From Planctomycetota bacterium (GTDB taxonomy: Bacteria > Planctomycetota > UBA1135 > UBA2386), in NCBI GenBank assembly GCA_046290465.1, contig JBKAGP010000001.1, forward strand, positions 2,560,001 through 2,624,000: a stretch of 64,000 nucleotides of DNA, in the 5' to 3' direction. The position numbers and the translations under genes were made by a program. A model generated the notes under the pieces. It did no database searches and was not told the origin of the DNA. It worked only from the letters and a program-made list of their open reading frames with translations. Of this stretch, positions 58,613 to 64,000 are shown one piece after another; position 1 is the first letter of the stretch, and each line of letters opens with the position of its first letter.

Positions 58613-60166
58613 ATGACCCTCGCTGCCGACAACGTCGACGCGCTGCTCGCGATGCCGCTGTTCGCGGACGTCGACGACGAGCTGCTGGACGGGCTGCGCG
58701 CCGAAGCGGACATCACCGACGGCACGTTCGAATGGGAACCCGGCGCCGCACCGCGGGAGGGCTTCCTGACGTTCTGCGAACTGCGCGACGGCGAGGTCTG
58801 CGTCACGCAGGGTGAGCTGGCGACGAAGTTCGTGTTCATCCTGCACGGCCAGATCGAGGCGCTGCAGGCGCGCGCCGGTCGCGAGGTCTACCGCCATCGC
58901 GAGCTCGGCCCGGGCGACTGGTTCGGCGAGATCTCGACGATCAGCGATTCGCCGGCGCTGGCGTCCTACCGCGCCGACGGCGAGACGCTGGTCGCGGCCA
59001 TCGACGCGCGCATGTTCAAGCGGCTCTACGCCGAGGACGACACCTTCAAGGAGCGCATCGACGAGGGCTACCTCGACAACCTCGGCCTGCACCTGCGGCT
59101 GTCGCCGCTGTGCAAGGACCTCGACGACCAGGCCCTGGCGCAGCTCGAGACCAGCGCCGAGCTGGTCAGCTTCGAGGACGGCGAGGTGGTGATCGAGCAG
59201 GGCACGCCGTGTGAAGAGGTCTACCTGGTGCGCACCGGCGGCCTCGCCTGCTTCGTCGAGAGCCACGGCGGCGAGCGCACCCTGGCGTTCTACAAGGGCA
59301 ACGCGACCTTCGGCGAACACTCGCTGCTGAGCGAGGGCGCCGAGTGGCCGGCGAGCTACCGCACGCTGATGCAGACCTCGCTGATCAAGCTGCCGAAGAA
59401 GTCGTTCGCGCTGCTGTCGGATGACGCGCGCAGCGGTCTGACCCGCGCCGCCAACCGCCTCGTCGGCGGCGACGACGCGCGCGCCGCCGAGCAGGGCGAC
59501 GCCAACGATGTCGGCTCGCGCAGCGTGCTCGACGAACTGTTCGTGATGGTCGAGCGCGAGTCGGTCAAGGGCGGTCGCGCGCTGGTCATCGACCGCACCC
59601 GCTGTGTGCGCTGCAACATGTGCGTCGAGTCGTGCGAGACCGTGCACGACGACGGCATCCCGCGCCTGTCCAAGGTCGGCACGCCGGTCGCGACCGACGA
59701 GGTGCTGATCACCGCCTGCTACCACTGCGACACGCCGCAGTGCATGTTGTCGTGCGAGTACTCGGCGATCCGGCGCGACGCGCAGGGCCGGGTGCGGTTC
59801 GAGTACGACATGTGCGTCGGCTGCGCCGGCTGCATCGACGGCTGTCCCTACGGCGTCATCCGCCTGATCGAGAAGAAGCCGCCAGCGCAGGCGCGACCTT
59901 CGTTCCTGCAGAGCCTGCCGGTGATCGGCAAGCTGTTCGGCACGCCGACGCAGCCCGAGCAGCCGGCCGCGGCGACCGACGAGGCGGGCGAGCCGGTCAA
60001 GCCGCGCTCGGTCGGCGCCGGCGGCAAGGTCTCGCCGGTCAACGGCAAGACGATCAAGTGCGATCTGTGCGCCGGCCTGCCGTTCGAAGCCTGCGTCTAC
60101 AACTGTCCGACCACCGCGATCCTGCGCAAGGAACCGCAGAGCCTGTTCGACCGGAGGGCACGCTGA
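58613..60166 (+). CDS. Two cyclic-nucleotide-binding domains fused to a DmsB/NrfC-like 4x[4Fe-4S] ferredoxin domain
   Basis: cNMP motifs GDWFGEIS and NATFGEHS; Cys groups CVRCNMCVESC, CYHCDTPQCMLSC, CVGCAGCIDGCP and CDLC..ACVYNCP; no signal peptide. Confidence 0.88.
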   Translation: MTLAADNVDALLAMPLFADVDDELLDGLRAEADITDGTFEWEPGAAPREGFLTFCELRDGEVCVTQGELATKFVFILHGQIEALQARAGREVYRHRELGPGDWFGEISTISDSPALASYRADGETLVAAIDARMFKRLYAEDDTFKERIDEGYLDNLGLHLRLSPLCKDLDDQALAQLETSAELVSFEDGEVVIEQGTPCEEVYLVRTGGLACFVESHGGERTLAFYKGNATFGEHSLLSEGAEWPASYRTLMQTSLIKLPKKSFALLSDDARSGLTRAANRLVGGDDARAAEQGDANDVGSRSVLDELFVMVERESVKGGRALVIDRTRCVRCNMCVESCETVHDDGIPRLSKVGTPVATDEVLITACYHCDTPQCMLSCEYSAIRRDAQGRVRFEYDMCVGCAGCIDGCPYGVIRLIEKKPPAQARPSFLQSLPVIGKLFGTPTQPEQPAAATDEAGEPVKPRSVGAGGKVSPVNGKTIKCDLCAGLPFEACVYNCPTTAILRKEPQSLFDRRAR

Positions 60167-62358
60167 TGGCTCGCACCTGGCGCATCGAGGTCCAGAACGG
60201 CAACGACGAGCTGTCGTTCGAGAACGGCATGGTGACGCTCGGCGGGCGCACCGGCGTCGACGTGGTGCTGCGCGACGTGATGGTCGCCGACCGCCACTGC
60301 GTGATCACCTACGAGGACGGCTTCGTGCTGCGCGACACCGGCTCGGTGACCGGCACGTGGGTCGACGGCAGCCGCGCCACCCCGGCGGCGACGCTGACGG
60401 ACGGCGGCAGCATCGTGATCGGCACGACCAGGATCGCGGTCGCGATCGACGACGACGACGGCGTCGCGGTGCTCAAGCTCGGCAGCGACCCGGGGAGCTT
60501 CTGGTGGAAGCGGCCCGGCAAGGGCGCGTTCGACAACGACCCGGACCAGCTGGCCCGCAGCGAGGCGAGCTTCGGTCGCTTCCCGTCGCTGCAGCTCGGC
60601 AACCGCGTCGCGCTGATCGCCGGCGCCGTGGTGCTGATCGGCGCGACGTTCGTGAGTTCGGTGATGGAGCCGCTCGCCGATCCGGGTCCGCTGCTGCCGT
60701 CGCACGCGCTGGTCGCGACCGCGTCGATCGACGACCCGGCGATCCACGCCGGCATCCGCCGATGCGTCGAACTGTCGGGCGAACAGGGCTGCAACGTCTG
60801 CCACACCACCGGCAGCGGCGCCCCCGAACGCAAGTGCGCGCAGTGCCACGGCCTCGAGGGCGAGATGGCGCACGCGGGCTCGTGGCGCCACCCCTACCAC
60901 AACGACGGCAAGGTCAGCGACCAGCAGTTCTGTGTCGTGTGCCACACCGACCACAACGGCACCGCCGACCGCAAGCCGGCGTCGGACGCGCTGGTCGGCA
61001 ACTGCTCGGCCTGCCACGGCGACGACCCCGAGTTCCAGCAGAAGGTCGACCAGGCGCGCATCGTGCTGCCGCCGCAGCAGCCGCTCGCGTTCGAGGACCT
61101 GCGCTTCCCGCACGACACGCACCTCGCGCAGCAGATCGCCTGCGACGTCTGCCACCAGGTCGACGCGCAGGTGCTCGCCGACTTCGAGAAGGGGCTGCCG
61201 GACGATCCGGCGCGGCACGACTACGCGACCGTCGCCTACGAGGTGTGCGCGTCGTGCCACGTGCAGGACGCGCCGGCCGTCAACATGACCGCCGCACAGC
61301 AGGTCGACTGGCGCAGCAAGGCCGAGAAGGCGCAGTGGCGGGTCCGCTGGCACGGCACCGACGACGGCGGCCGCAACTGCCTGTCGTGCCACACGCAGAC
61401 GCAGCGGGGCGGCGAGGACGTGATCGGGCCCGAGCAGAAGACCGTCGCCCGCGGCGTGTTCTCGCCGCAGCTGTACCGCGACGAGCGGGCGCTCTACACC
61501 AACCCGACCCGTTCGCACGACGAGCAGTTCCAGGCGCACGCAGGCGACAAGGCCTGCACCGAGTGCCACCTGGACGGCAAGGTCCGGACCGCGATGCCCG
61601 ACGCGCGCCCGGCGCGGCCGTTCTGGCACGGCCTGCACCTGACCGCGGGCTCGCTGACGCCCGGCCCGGCGGCCGGGCAGGTCAGCACCAACGCGACCGA
61701 GGGCTGCGTGTCGTGCCACGCGGACCTCGGCGGCGAAGGCGCCGACCACCTGACGCCGTTCGACCAGGGAACCTACCACTGGCCCGAGAGCCCCGCTGCG
61801 CAGGCGGCGTGCAAGGAGTGCCACCGCGAAGGCGAAGCGCTGCTGCCGCTGCGCCCGGTGCAGCTGCGTTCGACCGCCGAGACCGTCCAGCGACCGGACT
61901 TCCCGCACGACGTGCACGTGGCGAGCGCGGCGTTCGGCAAGGACGGCACGCTCGCGAACGGCTGCTTTGCGTGCCACGAGTTCTCGGCCGCCGACGACGA
62001 CGCGCCGTTCACGCAGGTGCCGCGCACGCTGCCCGGCGCGATGGACTGCACCGCCTGCCACAGCGGCCACGCCGACGTCGGCGGCGGCGACTGCCAGCAG
62101 TGCCACCCCAAGATCGACGGCCGCAGCAACTCGTTCCTGTGGCAGGCGAAGCTCACCGAGCCGAGCAGCGAACGGCCGTGGCCGGCCCTCAACGGCTTCC
62201 GCCACCTCAGCGTCGGCCACAAGGACGAGGACTGCGCCGCCTGCCACGGCGCCAGCAACCTCGACCAGGCCGACACGCTGGCCAAGGTGCGGGTCCCGGA
62301 CGAATCCGCCGCCCTGTGTCGCGACTGCCACCTGCAGAAGCAGTTCCACTGGCGCTGA
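60166..62358 (+). CDS. FHA-like + TM-anchored multiheme cytochrome c (15 CxxCH)
   Basis: TGATG overlap, ATG 60166; FHA-like N-terminus (VADRHCVI..DTGSVTGTWVDG); TM VALIAGAVVLIGATFV; 15 CxxCH counted; FPHxxH distal-His motifs. Confidence 0.9.
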   Translation: MARTWRIEVQNGNDELSFENGMVTLGGRTGVDVVLRDVMVADRHCVITYEDGFVLRDTGSVTGTWVDGSRATPAATLTDGGSIVIGTTRIAVAIDDDDGVAVLKLGSDPGSFWWKRPGKGAFDNDPDQLARSEASFGRFPSLQLGNRVALIAGAVVLIGATFVSSVMEPLADPGPLLPSHALVATASIDDPAIHAGIRRCVELSGEQGCNVCHTTGSGAPERKCAQCHGLEGEMAHAGSWRHPYHNDGKVSDQQFCVVCHTDHNGTADRKPASDALVGNCSACHGDDPEFQQKVDQARIVLPPQQPLAFEDLRFPHDTHLAQQIACDVCHQVDAQVLADFEKGLPDDPARHDYATVAYEVCASCHVQDAPAVNMTAAQQVDWRSKAEKAQWRVRWHGTDDGGRNCLSCHTQTQRGGEDVIGPEQKTVARGVFSPQLYRDERALYTNPTRSHDEQFQAHAGDKACTECHLDGKVRTAMPDARPARPFWHGLHLTAGSLTPGPAAGQVSTNATEGCVSCHADLGGEGADHLTPFDQGTYHWPESPAAQAACKECHREGEALLPLRPVQLRSTAETVQRPDFPHDVHVASAAFGKDGTLANGCFACHEFSAADDDAPFTQVPRTLPGAMDCTACHSGHADVGGGDCQQCHPKIDGRSNSFLWQAKLTEPSSERPWPALNGFRHLSVGHKDEDCAACHGASNLDQADTLAKVRVPDESAALCRDCHLQKQFHWR

Positions 62359-62374
62359 GCGCCGCGTCGGTGGC

Positions 62375-62396
62375 CGGACCGGTTGCGACCGGTCCG
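62375..62396. terminator. Hairpin between the two convergent cytochrome genes
   Basis: CGGACCGGT-tgcg-ACCGGTCCG. Confidence 0.5.
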
Positions 62397-62400
62397 CCCG

Positions 62401-64000
62401 TCAGCCGTTCGACTTCAGGCCGGGCCAATTGGCGAAGTCGTTGCCGAGGCGGGCCCGTTCGGCCGGGCGCTCGGGGAACATGCCCCACTCGCTGAGGGTG
62501 CCGAAGTCCTTCCAGTGGCAGCTCATGCAGCCGGCGGGCTGGTTCTGGAGCTGCTGCTTGAGCCGCTCCTTCGGCTGGCCGCGGTGGAAGTCGCCCGAGC
62601 CGGTGGGCAGCGCCGCGAACACGAAGTTGGCGGCGCGGGCCAGGATCGGACGCAGGCGCTGGCGGCCACCGACCTCGAAGGTGTTGGCCCGGTGGCACTG
62701 CGAGCACTCGCTGCCGAGCGGGTGGAACTGGCGGTCGGTGAAGCCGGCGAACGCGCCGGTCTCGAGGCCGTAGCGGGCATCGGCCAGCGACGCCTCGGTG
62801 CCGCGGATCGACGGCACGTCGACGATGTCCGGCGCCGCCGGCGTGTGGTGGCACTGGACGCAGCTCTGCACCTCGTCGCCGAACAGGTACTCGGTGCTCG
62901 GCCCGTCGTCGTCGGCCACGTGGTTGTGGCACTCGTTGCAGCGCAGCGCCGACGGCTTGGTCGTGATGTTCTCGGCGCCGCGCTGGTGGCAGGCGGAGCA
63001 GTCCAAGCCCGCGCTGTGCGGCCCGTGCGGGAACGCCACCGCCGCGCGCGACGCCGGCACCGCGCCCTGCTCCACGTCGACGCGCAGTTCGCCGCCGCGG
63101 TGGCAGGTCGAACAGACCTTCTCGTCGTAGGTGCGGTAGTCGACCGCCAGCGTCTGCGACGACGTCGACGACGCCGCGGTCGCGTGGCAGCCGACGCAGT
63201 TGGCGCTGGTCAGCTCGGTGCCGACCGGCGGCAGGTGCGTCTCGTGGCGGAACGTCTTCTCGATCAGTCGCGACGGCAGCGCCGGCACGACCGCCCGGTG
63301 GCACTTGCGGCACTCGCCCTGCACCGCCGGCGACCCCGGCTCGGCGCTGGTCACGAACGGGTGCGTCTGGCCGCGGAACACGAACGTCTTCTCCGACCAG
63401 CGCTGCACCTCGACCTCCGGCCGCCGCCCCTTGATGTCGGGCTGGCCGAACTCGTGGCAGGCCGTGCACTGCTTGGCGACCCAACCGCTGCTGCCGTCCG
63501 CCGACGAACTGCCGTGCAGCGGCGCCTTGCCCGCCTGCAGCTCGCCGGTGCTCCAGCCGGGCACCGCGTGGCACTGCTGGCAGTCGCGATAGCGGTGCTT
63601 GCTGGTCTCGCCGTCGAACGGGAAGTCCCGACCGGCGAAGCCTTCGCGTTCGGGGCGATAGGTGTGGCAGTGCTGGCAGGTCTTGTCGTCACCGCCGGCG
63701 AGCTTCGCGTAGGCGTCCTGCGTGCAGACGCCCTCGGTGCGCTCGTCGCGATAGTGGTCCGCGTGGGCGAACGCGCCGAGCGACCACGACGGCCGCTTCT
63801 CGGTCGTCGGCTCGGCGACGCGCGCGGCCTCGACCGCCGACCGCTTGTGGCAGTCCGCGCAGCCCTTCGCGGCGATCGCGCCGGTCCCGACCTCGGTCGC
63901 CGACGCGCCCTGGATGCCGGCGTGGCAGTCGGTGCAGTTGATGCTCAGGTGGTCGCCGTGCGTGAAGTCGCCGCCGCCGACCTCGAGCAGCGCGTTGATG
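62401..64000 (-). CDS. Multiheme cytochrome c, at least 13 CxxCH (5' end beyond window)
   Basis: The frame stays open from 63564 to the window edge by manual translation (INALLEVGGGDFTHGDHLSINCTDCH..CADCH..CQHCH..CQQCH), adding 4 motifs to the 9 in the ORF-track segment. Confidence 0.9.
   Translation of the reverse strand, partial: INALLEVGGGDFTHGDHLSINCTDCHAGIQGASATEVGTGAIAAKGCADCHKRSAVEAARVAEPTTEKRPSWSLGAFAHADHYRDERTEGVCTQDAYAKLAGGDDKTCQHCHTYRPEREGFAGRDFPFDGETSKHRYRDCQQCHAVPGWSTGELQAGKAPLHGSSSADGSSGWVAKQCTACHEFGQPDIKGRRPEVEVQRWSEKTFVFRGQTHPFVTSAEPGSPAVQGECRKCHRAVVPALPSRLIEKTFRHETHLPPVGTELTSANCVGCHATAASSTSSQTLAVDYRTYDEKVCSTCHRGGELRVDVEQGAVPASRAAVAFPHGPHSAGLDCSACHQRGAENITTKPSALRCNECHNHVADDDGPSTEYLFGDEVQSCVQCHHTPAAPDIVDVPSIRGTEASLADARYGLETGAFAGFTDRQFHPLGSECSQCHRANTFEVGGRQRLRPILARAANFVFAALPTGSGDFHRGQPKERLKQQLQNQPAGCMSCHWKDFGTLSEWGMFPERPAERARLGNDFANWPGLKSNG

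Overview
Very GC-rich bacterial DNA, most likely an uncultured Planctomycetota-type genome. This is inferred from the ECF sigma factors, Ser/Thr kinase and FHA proteins, and ELWxxDGT and CAP proteins. About 35 real CDSs were read; I found no rRNA, tRNA, IS or CRISPR. Housekeeping and metabolic genes are mfd, icmF, methylmalonyl-CoA mutase, meaB, malic enzyme, a PepX-like peptidase and a hybrid histidine kinase. Three things stand out. (1) 6.9-20.8 kb is a translationally coupled array of nine secreted amidohydrolase-fold genes (10 domains). Only two keep the metal-binding residues, suggesting an enzyme/pseudoenzyme hetero-oligomer. (2) 52.2-64 kb encodes an outer-membrane beta-barrel, a tandem GlcG/HbpS heme-binding lipoprotein, a double-FHA protein, a di-heme-b membrane protein, a 2x cNMP-domain/4x[4Fe-4S] protein, an FHA-like/TM/15-heme cytochrome c and a second cytochrome with at least 13 hemes. 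Together these look like a trans-envelope electron conduit coupled to signalling domains. (3) Four secreted proteins with mostly different N-termini share a ~115-aa C-terminal domain, a candidate sorting or anchoring signal, and all 15 Sec-type precursors appear to have Gln at +1. A perfect 92-bp GTAG-flanked palindrome also sits between two convergent genes. All calls come from motif reading by eye; no database searches were run.
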